The notes: a model not told the origin generated them from the letters alone. A stretch of 32,000 nucleotides of DNA from Octopus sinensis (GCF_006345805.1 NW_021829680.1:1-32000); one strand, 5' to 3'. Counted from the first letter of the stretch, positions 1-10,930 are shown. Numbers and translations are program-made.

Positions 1-925
1 TGTATATGCATATACGCACTTATATATACATACATACACGCACACATGCACACACATATACATACGTACATCTGTATCCTTATACAAACATATATATACA
101 CAGAGACACGCACCCCCACACACATAAATGGACCTAAGTATATACATAGATATGCTCATGACTTCGTGTCTCTTATTTGCAAACAATGAATTCTAGATAA
201 CTTGATTAGTTCACTTCTCATTTTGATTTCGTCTATTATTATTTTTTTTTCGCCTTTATACTTTTTACCCTGAGTATCTTACAAATCTCATAATAGCTCC
301 TATGGTATGTAGTGCAGAGTATTGATAAGTTTTGCAGCCAGGATTTAATTTGATAGTCGGGTACTTCAAAACATTTACACTCCATAACATAGTTAACACA
401 AATAGTATTCAAAGTGGTCAGAGACGGCCATATATGAAAGAAGGTTAAAGGAACAATAATATCAAAATAATAGATCAATAAATATATTTTTTGTAGCACT
501 GATACGCACAAACTTGATTTTTTTTTTATGGATCTGTCTCGTCTGCCTGAATATGAATATCATATATATAATATATATATTCATATATCTGCGTTGCGTG
601 TCTGTGTGCATGTTTCTACACACACATACACACACAAACATATACACACAGTTAATTCAAAGTTTTAGTGTGGATGAACTGAGAATGTACGCGCATAATT
701 TTCTTTGTTGTTCTAAGACTAGGTTGTCCCTTGATGGACTGTTTCTAGGTATATTGACCATTCCTCAAAGAAGGCGTACTCGCCTTTCTCACACACACAC
801 ATACACATACGCGCGCACATACACAGTAAGTATATATTTATATCTTATATATATAGATATATTTACACACACACATATATATACGTATATATATCTACAC
901 ACAGATAAGTAGATGGATATACATG
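1..925. repeat. Cluster of mixed (TA)n/(CA)n/(TACA)n microsatellites (about 1-145, 560-650, 785-925)
   Basis: Directly visible dinucleotide runs; they generate the spurious 462..647 and 514..912 ORFs. Confidence 0.9.
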
Positions 926-949
926 TAAAGATTTATGTTTATATCACTG

Positions 950-1800
950 TATCAGCCAGTCTATCAGATGCTGTTATACATCGTTAGTCACAATGCGCTT
1001 TCAATTCTTTCTTGATTGCGCCATTCATTTTCATCTTATCCCAAAACGGTTAACTTAATCGTCTTCCCACCGTCGTGAAATCCTCCCGATTGGCTATATC
1101 ACTCTCTTTGGTACAACTCGGAAAATGCAAGGTTGGTATGTGAACCTCACAGCATATCCATCTAAGCGGAACCTGTGCTTTCACCATTCTGCAATCACAT
1201 CGTTCACACCTCTCCGTTCTCTAGTTATCCCATGTCGAATATACTCTCGGAAAGATATTCCTAACATGAATTTTCCTGGGCACTTTGCGCCGTATCCTAT
1301 CGATTTTCTGTCTGCTTCGTAGTATCCCACGTCTCACTTGTATATAATAGCGTGGGTAGAACTATTCAAAAGACAGGCAAGTCCAGTTTTGCTTTAAGCA
1401 AATTACTTACTTAGGTAAACGCATTCCATCCTGCAATTATTCTCTTCCAGATTTCAACATCCGTGTCTCGCCGCTTGCTTTAAATAGATACCCTTCTTTA
1501 CCTCAAAAAAGCCTTGTTTTTAGACGGCTTGTATTTTGCTGTCATGCGGCTCATTTTAAGATCTACGAGTGGGCTGTGAGTGTCCAGTTACGTTAGCATC
1601 GTCTGCAACTGATCACTGCTTTCCGACACGAGTAAAATATCATCTGCGAATCGAAGATGTGTTAATAGCCTGTCATTAATAGTCACGCTACCTGCGCCGT
1701 CAAAGTCTCTGATTACTAGGCATGCACTGAAGAGATTTGAAGTGATGGTATCCTTTCCCAATTAGTGGCGATAGCAGAGCAATTTATCTGGGATACATTT
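950..1800 (-). mobile_element. Decayed RTE-clade non-LTR retrotransposon, RT core to C-terminus
   Basis: Manual minus-strand translation with frameshifts and stops: GKDTITSNLFSAC (~QGDTISPKLFSAC), INDRLLTHLRFADDILL (FADD at 1639-1650), and C-terminal PIGRISRRWEDD (RRWEDD at 1058-1075), typical of the RTE C-terminus. Not in the ORF track. Confidence 0.85.
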
Positions 1801-2109
1801 AGAGTTCAAATTCCTTGACACCTTGCATTTCAAAACATTTCAACAATGCTTTATTCTCAACGCTATCGAAAGCCTTTTCGTAGTTAACGAAAGCAATGCA
1901 CAGAAGTATTCTTTTTTCATTCGATCGTTCTAAAAGCTGTGTTAGTACACACAAACACACACACACACACACCTCACAAACTTGGATGATTAATGATAAA
2001 ATTGATACTCACTATAAAACAGAGGTATTTAATTTCATATCCATGATAAAATCCAGCGTCTTAAAAAGCGAGTTGTAAAACACAGTCAACAACGAATAAC
2101 AACAATAAT

Positions 2110-2334
2110 AGTTTCAAAATTTGACACAAGGCCAACAATTTCGAGTTTGGGCTAAGTCGATTACATCAACCCAACCCCCACTCCCCAGTGCTCAACAAGT
2201 ACATATTTTATCCACCTCAAAAGGACAACAGAAGAAGAAGTCGACTTCGGCGGAATATGAACTCAGACAGTAAAGTCGGCCGAAATGACACAAATATTTT
2301 GCCTGGCATGCTAACAATTCTGCCAGCGCGTTGA

Positions 2335-2335
<1 letters not shown>
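2110..2335 (-). mobile_element. tRNA-derived SINE, family A
   Basis: Minus strand shows head ...gctggcagaattgttagcatgccagg (A-box-like), gagttcatattccgccgaagtcgac (B-box-like plus central domain) and tail ccttgtgtcaaaattttgaaac; homologous to about 18 other copies in the window. Confidence 0.85.
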
Positions 2336-2416
<81 letters not shown>

Positions 2417-2419
2417 AAT

Positions 2420-2447
<28 letters not shown>
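2336..2447. repeat. (AAT)n microsatellite
   Basis: Directly visible. Confidence 0.95.
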
Positions 2448-2450
<3 letters not shown>

Positions 2451-2474
2451 CGACGACGAGGACGGGATGACGAC

Positions 2475-2680
2475 AATTTATTTTATTTCTCTCAGAGCAT
2501 CGAATGAATTAGACTTTGTGAAAGGGTATACATAGTGGGGGAGATTAACATAAAATGTGATGAGGTGAATAATATAAAAAGTACATAAAATGAAATTTAC
2601 ACATAGCAAGTAAATACATGAATGCATTTCTCAAGCTATAAGAGGACTTTTAACGAGGACCAATAAAAAGTTTGCAGTTT
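2475..2680 (-). mobile_element. Probable non-LTR retrotransposon 3' tail fragment
   Basis: Minus strand is pyrimidine-rich and ends ...gaaataaaataaat; similar tails at about 7940-8030, 11268-11640 and 31340-31440. No protein motif confirmed. Confidence 0.35.
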
Positions 2681-2684
2681 GCGA

Positions 2685-3027
2685 TAGGCGTAGGAGTGGA
2701 AGTGTGGTAAGTAGCTTCCTTACTAACCACATGGTTCCGGGTTCAGTCCCGTCATATATATGTGTATATATATGTATATATATATGTAATATATTATATA
2801 TATATATATATATATATGTGTTGTGTGTGTGTGTGTGTGTGTGTATGTGTGTTTTTGGGTTTGTGTGTGTTTACGTACGACGCTCCCCGTAACTTAGCGG
2901 TTCGGCAAAAGGCAATAAGTACTAGGCTCACAAAGAATAAGTCTTGGGGTCGATTTGCTCGACTAAAAAGGCAGTGCTCCAGTATGGCCACAGTCAAATG
3001 ACTGAAACAAGTAAACGAGTAAAAGAG
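2685..3027 (+). mobile_element. tRNA-derived composite SINE, family B (central microsatellite), internally deleted
   Basis: Head ggagtggaagtgtggtaag...ggttccgggttcagtccc (A/B-box-like), central (TA)n(GT)n, tail gtccccgtaacttagcggttcggc...gactgaaacaagtaaacgagtaaaagag; matches the copies at 20917-21682 and 27015-27765. Confidence 0.9.
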
Positions 3028-3285
3028 TTGTAAGATCACTCTCACCGATTGCCCTCTCTCGATTGCTGTTTTCTTATCTATATGCGCATGTTTACAGTAA
3101 ATCTATTAACCCTGACCATTTTAACTAGAGCCACTTACCTTTGACAAAATCACTAGGGGTGTGTACTTCACCCATCATCCTTTCCAAATGGAGCATAAAA
3201 ATGTAGATGAAGGATTGCCCGCCGAGAAAACTTACTGTCCTCAATCCATTGAGCCTCGTCCGACATTCATCATCGTCACCACAAT

Positions 3286-3462
3286 AATCCTTTCTACTAA
3301 AGGCAGAAGGTTTGAGATTTGGGGGAGTAGACAAGACGATCACATCGTATTAATTTATCGAACCCGAAAAGAAGAAAGTCGACTTCGGCAGAATTTGTAT
3401 TCAGAATTTGAACTTAGCATTTCGCCCGGTGCGCTAACGATTCTGTCAGCTTGCCGCCTTCT
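3286..3462 (-). mobile_element. SINE family A, internally deleted
   Basis: aaagtcgacttcggcagaatttg...cttagcatttcgcccggtgcgctaacgattctgtcagcttgccgcctt matches family A. Confidence 0.85.
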
Positions 3463-3518
3463 TAATAATAATAATAATAATAATAATATAATAATAATAA
3501 TAAGAATAATATAATAAT

Positions 3519-3605
<87 letters not shown>

Positions 3606-3654
3606 TGATGATGATGATAATAAAAATAATATAATAATAATAATAATAATAATA

Positions 3655-3699
<45 letters not shown>

Positions 3700-3714
3700 T
3701 AATAACAACAACAA
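3463..3714. repeat. Compound (AAT)n/(GAT)n/(AAC)n microsatellite
   Basis: Directly visible; source of the 3355..3714 low-complexity ORF. Confidence 0.95.
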
Positions 3715-3717
3715 CTA

Positions 3718-4682
3718 TGCCTTGATTGAATATACCTATATGTCTTGATTGAATATACCTATAGTTTATTAATAGAAAGTGGCATGTTCCCTAATGGGCA
3801 AAAAGGGTGTAAACGTGGGTCCTATGGTTGTAAAGATCAGCTACTTATCAGTAGGATAGTCTTGGAAAATTGTCACAAATGACACAAAAACTTGTCGATA
3901 TCTTTGATAGAGTATTAAAATGCTTTTGAAAGTCTACCACATAGCTGAATAAGGAAATGCCTGGAAATGTATAAAATAGCACCTAGTCTGCGAAATGTTT
4001 TGTCTGTAAGTATGAGATCATGGGGAACCACACTGATTTTGAACAGTGACAATGAATCTCTTAATGCTGGAGTTATAAGAATTTTATCTGACATTTTCCA
4101 CGGTGACTCTCTATCACCACTTCTCTTTTGTCTAGCCTTAATACCTCTCTCGAAATTGCTCGATGATGTACAACACGGCTATAAATTGTTTGATAAAGAT
4201 ATAAATTATCTCATTTACATGGATGATTTAAAGCTCTTTGCAAAAAATGGCCAACAACTACAAGGCTTACTAGCGTTTGTAAAAGCAACTCAGTGATGGC
4301 ATCAGGATGCAATTTAGCCTCGATAAATGTGCAAAAGCGACCTTTATCAAAGGGAAAATGACGGAAATATCCAACGTTAATCTGGATCAGCAGAATGTCA
4401 TAAAGAAGTTTGAACCAGGGGAGAGCTACAAATTTGAAGGTGATGGAATCAAATATTCAATGATGTGGGAAAGAACCAGAAGAGAATGTTATCGCAGGGT
4501 AAGGGCAATACTCAAGGTAGAGCTGAATGCAAGAAACAGGATCGAAGCAATCAATACTTTGGCTATAAAGCGTCGTGACTTACAGTTTCAATATCATTAA
4601 CTGGTCAATTACTAAAATATGTAATCTTGACAGAAAAATACGAAAATTCTTGACCTTGCATAGAATGCACCACCCTAATGCA
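3718..4682 (+). mobile_element. R4/Dong-clade (RLE-type) non-LTR retrotransposon, decayed reverse transcriptase fragment
   Basis: GQKGCKRGSYGCKDQLLI, IFHGDSLSPLLFCLAL (GDSLSP 4102-4119), YLIYMDDLKLFAK (YMDD 4216-4227), MQFSLDKCAK, RNRIEAINTLA and MHHPNA; these are R4/Dong RT signatures. In-frame stops and frameshifts; ORFs 3967..4296 and 4307..4600 are pieces of it. Confidence 0.92.
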
Positions 4683-4979
4683 CCTCCAGCAAACCTTGAT
4701 AGGTGCAGACGTGGACCTTTCTCTGTAGCTGTCGCTCTGTATCATTGCATCTGTAACCCCCTTATATTTTCTCAGTGTGATCTTGCTTATAGTTTACTCG
4801 TCCGCATAACGTGACACGTCTCTCCTGTGACACTTGAACCACTCTTGCTTCTGCATAAATGTCAAAAGGAGCCAAAATGTACGTGTGGAATAAGAGAACA
4901 TATATGGATAGCAATTTTATCACACACCTAGCAATGTAGCTATATACTGAATCGATTCAGCCTATGAAAATTGAATAGA

Positions 4980-6430
4980 ACTTGTTTGCACTACGTATAG
5001 ACAATATTGAAATGAACCAGGTCCTTGAGAGTTCGAGGAAGCCCATTTTTTTATCCTGCAGCATGTAAATGTTGATGTTTTTTGGTTTGGCTAAAAAAGA
5101 CTATATTTTTCTTGAACTTCTTCAGTGAAATATACTAACTTTTTAATAGAGTGTTCTTTCTGCTGTATCTTGTTATTTATTACAGTTTTCTTTTGCACTA
5201 TAGTTTTTCTCGGAACTTACAACCATCTGTTCAATTTCTGAGTGAATATACAGTTGGACACAAACTACGATGTCACCTACGTTCATACATTCCACAATAT
5301 TGTCCTCATTCATCTTCAAGGCAAGATTCGTGACAGCAAGATTACTTAAATCATTAGCAGAAAAAGTACTTGATGTATAATCTGCTTTTTCTTCTGAAAC
5401 CTTACATTCTGAAATGTCATTTGTTTTTACATCATCAGTCAAATATTCTTTTCTACTGAAATTTTGGGGGAGTGGGGCCAGTCGATCGACCCCAGTATGC
5501 AACTGGAACTTACTTTATCGATCCTGAAATGATAAAAGGCAAAGTCGACCTCGGCGGAATTTGAAGTCAGAACGTAGCGAGGAACAAAATGCGGCTAAGC
5601 CTTCTGCTCAGCGTGCTAACAGCTTTGCCAAGTTTTTACCAGACGTTTTGCTTTTAGATGTGCAGAGCTTTTCTCTATACTAAGAATAATCTTGTTATAA
5701 AGACCAAAGTCAAATCGACCTTTCCCTTCAGGAACAAGATATCTGGAATCACATTCTTACTGAAGCTATAAATCACTATAGCTTTGAAGGCTCTTGGATG
5801 AAAATTTTCGCCGATTACCACCAACGTACATTTATAGGTTCTCGCAGTGTTAGAGTATTCTAGAAAAGTGGCACGTTTTGATGTTCTGTACTTTATCATT
5901 AAATGATTCTAAATCATCTACAGAAGGCAATTTCATCTGTATTTTTGTCTTGCCCACTACTTAACTATACACCAGAAACACCTCAAGAAACGCAAAAACT
6001 TTTGACTGCATAAAATTTTCACCAGGAACTGGATAATTTAAGCTGTCTCATTGCTTACAAGGATGACGTTAATTTTCCATGCATTGACACTCGTACTAAT
6101 ATCGATCTACCTTGCGTAAAATATTTTCGTTTGTTCCCTGACAAATCAACACCGTCAATACACGTAGCTTAAACTACATTCTCAGCACTTCAACCAGCTC
6201 TGATACTTTCTCATCCTTTATTGGCCTACTCTCAACAAAGAAGTGGGGCATTTTTTTTCTTTCTGTTTCTTTGTCACTTACAGTCAAAGAAGCAACGTAG
6301 TACGAACCATAAAAACTTCTGACAGACACATCACTATCGAGTTCAGCTATTCAAAAGATTTTATGGCATTTGTGTCTTGTATAATGAACGACACCTCTTT
6401 TATGCATGAGATCTCTGACAAGAGCTAAAT
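4980..6430 (-). pseudogene. Unidentified decayed coding-like sequence, interrupted by a SINE
   Basis: Long near-open, non-low-complexity frames on the minus strand, e.g. IAELDSDVSVRSFYGSYYVASLTVSDKETERKKMPHFFVESRPIKDEKVSELVEVLR; ECDSRYLVPEGKGRFDFGLYNKIILS; TDDVKTNDISECKVSEEK...VGDIVVCVQLYIHSEIEQMV. Scattered stops; family not recognised. Confidence 0.35.
5442..5645 (-). mobile_element. SINE family A
   Basis: ggcaaagtcgacctcggcggaatttgaagtcagaacgtagcg...gcgtgctaacagctttgccaag. Confidence 0.88.
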
Positions 6431-6454
6431 ACGAGCTGTTTATAATAGTTTCTT

Positions 6455-6640
6455 ATTTAATCACAAGCCTTTTAAGGTGGAGGTTATTAATCAAGGTACT
6501 CAACTCTACTCTTTGTCTGGTACTTTATAATGTCCCCGAAAGTATGAAGAGCAAAATGAGTCTCAGTAGTATTTGAACTATAAACTTAAAAGCTGTAACT
6601 AAATTCCGACGCGCTAACGATTGTTTCATTCTGCTCATCT
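6455..6640 (-). mobile_element. SINE family A, highly degraded
   Basis: tggtactttataatgtccccgaaagtatgaagagcaaa...atttgaac...gcgctaacgatt. Confidence 0.6.
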
Positions 6641-6659
6641 GAGTGTTTATAATAATTGT

Positions 6660-6855
6660 AACATAGGCAGAAGAATTGAAATTCTGAAGGAAGGGTTAAA
6701 CGGATTGTATCCCCTGCAGCACTTAACTGGAATTTTATTCAATCGACTAATGTGAGTGAAAGACAAAACTGATCTCGGTGTGATTTGAATTGAAAATAGA
6801 GAAATACTACATATTATTTTGCCCGATGCTGTAACCGTTCCGCCAGGACGTCACT
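6660..6855 (-). mobile_element. SINE family A, highly degraded
   Basis: aactggaattttattcaatcgac...gaaagacaaaactgatctcggtgtgatttgaa...aaccgttccgccagg. Confidence 0.55.
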
Positions 6856-7084
6856 TTTGAGTAGAAAACGCGAAAAAAAAGAAAAGAAAAAGAAAAAGTG
6901 CATGAATGCCCTGACAGTGTTTACCAAATGTTGATGCCACATTCAAAGAATTACCAAAACATTTGTAACACGTTGCCGTGCCGAATTGAATATGTATAAC
7001 TTAGCTTCGGACCAAGTTACCCGTGGGTCGATTAGTGTAGGTCGACTGAAATAGTTTATAAATTAAGCGAAGGTTTAAACAACA

Positions 7085-7175
7085 TGTCAGTTTTTATCGA
7101 TCCCGAGTGGATGAAAGGCAAAGTCGATCTCAGTGGTTTGGAAATCAGAACCTAAGGAACTGGAAATCAATAGTA
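7085..7175 (-). mobile_element. SINE family A central-domain fragment
   Basis: tttatcgatcccgagtggatgaaaggcaaagtcgatctc. Confidence 0.65.
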
Positions 7176-7326
7176 CATCTAATAATAATTGGTTCAATAC
7201 AAGACACAAGGTTTCTAAAGATGCCGTTAAAATAAAATCAAAGTAAAACTGAAGACTTCACAAAAATGGTTTCTGATATAATCCCAAGGCCAACAAATTC
7301 AGATTAATTTAATCAGCCTTAAACGT

Positions 7327-7558
7327 GTATTAGGCATGATAAAAAAATATTCAGACAAATACATAACAAACACACCAGGACTTACAAACACATATAACAT
7401 ACAGAAAATTGCACTACTAGGCACTGCACACATCCTACGCAGAACACTTTCAATACAGTAACCATCAGAGCATCACAACAAATCACAGCACATACCCAAG
7501 GCACACAGAGCTGCGCTCGGTAGTGAAGTGAAAGCACGTTATAAAAAAAAACTGCTGA
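7327..7558 (+). mobile_element. R4/Dong-clade element 3' end (RLE C-terminus plus 3' UTR)
   Basis: VLGMIKKYSDKYITNTPGLTNTYNIQKIALLGTAHILRRTLSIQ* (stop 7459-7461) matches the LQK..LLGTA.ILR.VL terminus of R4/Dong ORFs; followed by a short UTR and (GAT)n(AAT)n. Confidence 0.88.
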
Positions 7559-7576
7559 ATGATGATGATGATGATG

Positions 7577-7609
<33 letters not shown>

Positions 7610-7614
7610 TTAAT

Positions 7615-7934
7615 GATTAGCCGGAGATGATTTTTGAAATGAGAATATCTGAAATAAACTCGACTGCTCTCACAAACGAAAATACTAAAAATGATCACGA
7701 CTGCTCTCAAAAATTAAGTAAAAAAACAACAAAAAAAAAAAACAGGAAAAATAGTCCAGAATCCTTGTCCGGTACCGGATCGATCCCGAAATCTAATAAG
7801 TTCGTTCCAGTCACGACGCCAAATATCTCAGAAAGTTTCATCTGAAACCATCCAGCGGTTCTTGAGATATCTTGTCCACAGACTAAAAAACACGACTGAA
7901 AACAATACCGCTCCCTTCGCTAAGGGGAAGGTAA
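7615..7934 (+). mobile_element. Non-autonomous Helentron/HINE-like element (family C), 5'-truncated
   Basis: Shared body gagaatatctgaaataaactcg...ccagaatccttgtccggtaccggatcgatccc...gagatatcttgtccac and 3' hairpin cccttcgctaaggg followed by ggtaat; four more partial copies nearby. Confidence 0.7.
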
Positions 7935-8157
7935 TAATGATTTCATTTATTTTCTAGCAGGACGAAGGATGAGGGAGACAATACAAAACAAACATTAAAG
8001 TGTGGAAGTTTCCAAATAACGAAATTGTTTTTTCCTCTATATGTTGCGAGTTATACTGAACGACTGCCATAACTAAGCAGACAAGAAGTCCAGTACTGAC
8101 GGAGGAAAATACCTCGAAACTAGACTGGTTTACTGCTCTTGTCACTGCTAGATAGCA

Positions 8158-8222
8158 GGGGTCGAAATGCGCTAAACATTTTGCTCTGTATGCTAACGAT
8201 TCTGCCAGATCGCCGCCGTCAA
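8158..8222 (-). mobile_element. SINE family A head fragment
   Basis: gaaatgcgctaaacattttgctctgtatgctaacgattctgccagatcgccgcc. Confidence 0.75.
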
Positions 8223-8233
8223 TAATAGTAATG

Positions 8234-8294
<61 letters not shown>

Positions 8295-8316
8295 TAATAA
8301 TAATAACAATAATAAT

Positions 8317-8528
8317 AATCTTCTGTATTATAGGCAAAAGGCCTTAAATTTGGGAGAGGGTGATAGTCGCTTATATCGACCGTAGTACTCAACAGGTACT
8401 TAATTCATCGACTCCGAAAGCTGAAAGGCAAAGTCGACCTTAGCCGAATTTGAACTCGGAACGTAGCGACGAGCGAAATGCGGCTAAGCATTCTTCCCGG
8501 CGTGCTAACAACTTTGTCAGCTTGCCGT
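8317..8528 (-). mobile_element. SINE family A, near full length
   Basis: Full head, central domain and tail recognisable. Confidence 0.9.
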
Positions 8529-8534
8529 TTTCGA

Positions 8535-8535
<1 letters not shown>

Positions 8536-8574
<39 letters not shown>

Positions 8575-8723
8575 GCTACTACTACTACTTATAATAATAA
8601 TAATAATATAATAATAATAATAAGAAGAAGAAAGAAGAAGAAGAAAAGAAGAAGAAGAAGAAGAAGAGAAGAAGAAGAGAAGAAGAAGAAGAAGAGAAGA
8701 AGAAGAAGAAGAAGAAGAAGAAG
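8536..8723. repeat. Compound (ACT)n/(AAT)n/(AAG)n microsatellite
   Basis: Directly visible. Confidence 0.95.
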
Positions 8724-8935
8724 AAGGGCATCCAGAGAACGCAAACCTCCACCAAGACAACACCACCGTCCTCTCAACGGTTAACCAGAGATGATTTTTA
8801 AAATGAGAATATCTGAAATAAACTCGACTGCTCTCACAAAAGAGAATACTAAAAATAAACCCAACCTCTCAAAAATTAAGTAAAAAATCCGGAAAAATAA
8901 TCCAGAAACCTTGACCGGTATTTGATCGATCCCAA
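8724..8935 (+). mobile_element. HINE-like family C, 5' half (unit 1)
   Basis: Starts aagggcatccagagaacgcaa; sub-terminal repeat acctccaccaag at 8745-8756; ends ...gatcgatcccaa. Confidence 0.75.
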
Positions 8936-9427
8936 TGTTAGTCATGGAGTGTGAAGTTGGCTGTAGGAAATTTAGTAACAGCAATGAATAGTCCGTCCTT
9001 ATCTAATACAAGCCAAAGTTAACAAATTCACCATTCAAAATAGTTTCAAAGGCGGAGTTAATAAGTTCTACTCAGGAATTTTAAATGAATAGCATGAGAC
9101 CTTTTTGTTTTCTCTTCTCTTAAATTCCAGCTTTCCAGATGTATGTATATATGTAAGTATTCCGTAAAGTGTTAACATGTATGATTAATATATAATATAT
9201 ATATATTAAAAAAATATGTCAGTGTTATTTAATTTCTGAACGGTTTTGCTGCCGTTTGTTTATGTAGTTTGATTTCTTTATCCATCAACCTCTACTAAGA
9301 TACAGACGCGAGTAAAATTAACGATAGAGAAATGAAAATAAAACTTTGGGAAGCAGCCTAAAGGGAGATAATTGAGAAAGACTTGAAAGTGAACGTAAGA
9401 TCGTAATAATGTAAAGTAAATATAACA

Positions 9428-9614
9428 AATAATCCAGAATCCTTGTCCGGTACCTGATCGATCCCAAAATTTAATCAGTTCGTGTCAGTCACAAGGACAA
9501 ACATCCTTGAAAGCTACATCCGAATCCAACTAGAGGTTCTTGAGATATCTTGTCCATGGACAAAAATACATACACGACTGTAAACAATACTCCCACCTTC
9601 GCTAAGGCGGAGGT
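9428..9614 (+). mobile_element. HINE-like family C, 3' half (unit 1)
   Basis: aataatccagaatccttgtccgg...ccaccttcgctaaggcggaggt; the 3' stem-loop and aaggcggaggt are complementary to the 5' sub-terminal repeat. Confidence 0.78.
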
Positions 9615-9616
9615 AG

Positions 9617-9830
9617 TAATCCTTTCTACTATAGGTACAAGGCCTGAAATTTGGTGGGAGGTGACTAGTCGATTACATCGACCCCAGTGTTTCACTGATA
9701 CTCAATTTATTGACCACGAAATACTAACTGGCAAAGTCGACCTCGGCAGAATTTCACCTCAGAACGTAGCGATGAGCGGTGGCTAAACATTCTACCCGGC
9801 ATGTTAACAATTCTAGCAGCTCACCACCTA
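9617..9830 (-). mobile_element. SINE family A, full length (unit 1)
   Basis: Tail aatcctttctactataggtacaaggcc abuts the HINE 3' end; head ends ...agctcaccacc. Confidence 0.9.
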
Positions 9831-9883
9831 ATAATAATGATATAGATAATAATAATAATATAAATAATAATTATAATAACAAT

Positions 9884-10096
9884 AACAAGAGCACTCGGAG
9901 AGCACAAACCCCCACCAAGGCAAAACTAACATCCTCTCAACGATTAGCCGGAATCGATTTTTAAAATAAGAATATCTGAAATAAACTCGATTGCTCTCAC
10001 AAACGAGAATACTAAAAATGAACCCAACCGCTCTCAAAAATTAAGTTAAAAACAGGGAAAAATAATCCATAATCCTTGACCGGTGCCTGATCGGTC
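9884..10096 (+). mobile_element. HINE-like family C, 5' half (unit 2)
   Basis: Starts aacaagagcactcggagagcacaaacccccaccaagg. Confidence 0.78.
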
Positions 10097-10099
10097 TTA

Positions 10100-10400
10100 G
10101 TGGTAGTCATGGAATGTGAAGGCAGGAGTGTGAGCCGTGTTTGTAATACTGTCCGTGTGTTGTCTGTAGTGCTAACAGTTTTTTCTATGAGGCTATTCTT
10201 TAGCCTATCCACTGATATAGTGCCTTTACGACCATTAAGGTCTATAATGAAAAAATTATCCGTGCGTGAAAGAAAACGGAAAGGACCTGCATACGGTGCT
10301 GTTAACAGAAGTTTAACAACATCATTGCGCCGAAAACGTGAGTCCAAGAAGTAAAGCTTCCTTCAAGGCAGAGTTAGAAATGCAATTGTCAAGTAGGTGA
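10100..10400 (-). mobile_element. Gypsy/Ty3 LTR-retrotransposon integrase C-terminal (GPY/F) fragment
   Basis: SWTHVF-(frameshift)-RNDVVKLLLTAPYAGPFRFLSRTDNFFIIDLNGRKGTISVDRLK (ORF 10012..10347) matches the HVFVR.D....L..PY.GPF.V..R....F.I..NG....VS.DRLK motif downstream of Gypsy integrase cores. Confidence 0.88.
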
Positions 10401-10744
10401 GAAGTTTTAAGCAGGAGCGATATATTAAAAATCGGTAAAACTGAAAATTATCGAGGATAAATTAAATTTATTATTGTTACTGAATATGTTAGTGTCATTT
10501 AATTTCTAAACAATTTTGCTACCATTTATTTATGTAGTTTGATATTTTTTCTTATCCGTCAGTTTCTACTAAGATAGAGACGCGAGTAAAATTAATGACA
10601 GAGAAACGAAAATAAAACTTTGGAAATAGCAACGCCGCCATAACTTACATGGAAACCATGAGCATGCTTTGAAAGGAGATAATCAAAGAAAGACTTGAAA
10701 GTGAACGTAAGATCGTAATATTTTATGTAAAGTAAATATGATAT

Positions 10745-10930
10745 TGCAGAATCCTTCTCTGGTACTGGATCGATCCCAAAATCTAATCACTTCGTGCCAG
10801 TCACGAGACCAAGCATCCCTGGAAGTTTCATACGAATCCATCCAGCGGTTATTGAGATATCTTGTCCACGGACAAACAAACAAACAAACAGGGCTGAAAA
10901 ACAAAACTTCCTCCTTCGCGAAGACGAGGT
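10745..10930 (+). mobile_element. HINE-like family C, 3' half (unit 2)
   Basis: cagaatccttctctggtactggatcgatcccaaaatc...ggac(aaac)4...ccttcgcgaagacgaggt. Confidence 0.78.

Noticed and set aside
239-511. 90-aa minus-strand ORF as an exon
   Set aside because: Non-repetitive, but I recognise no motif and the splice sites are weak; cannot be supported without homology or RNA data.
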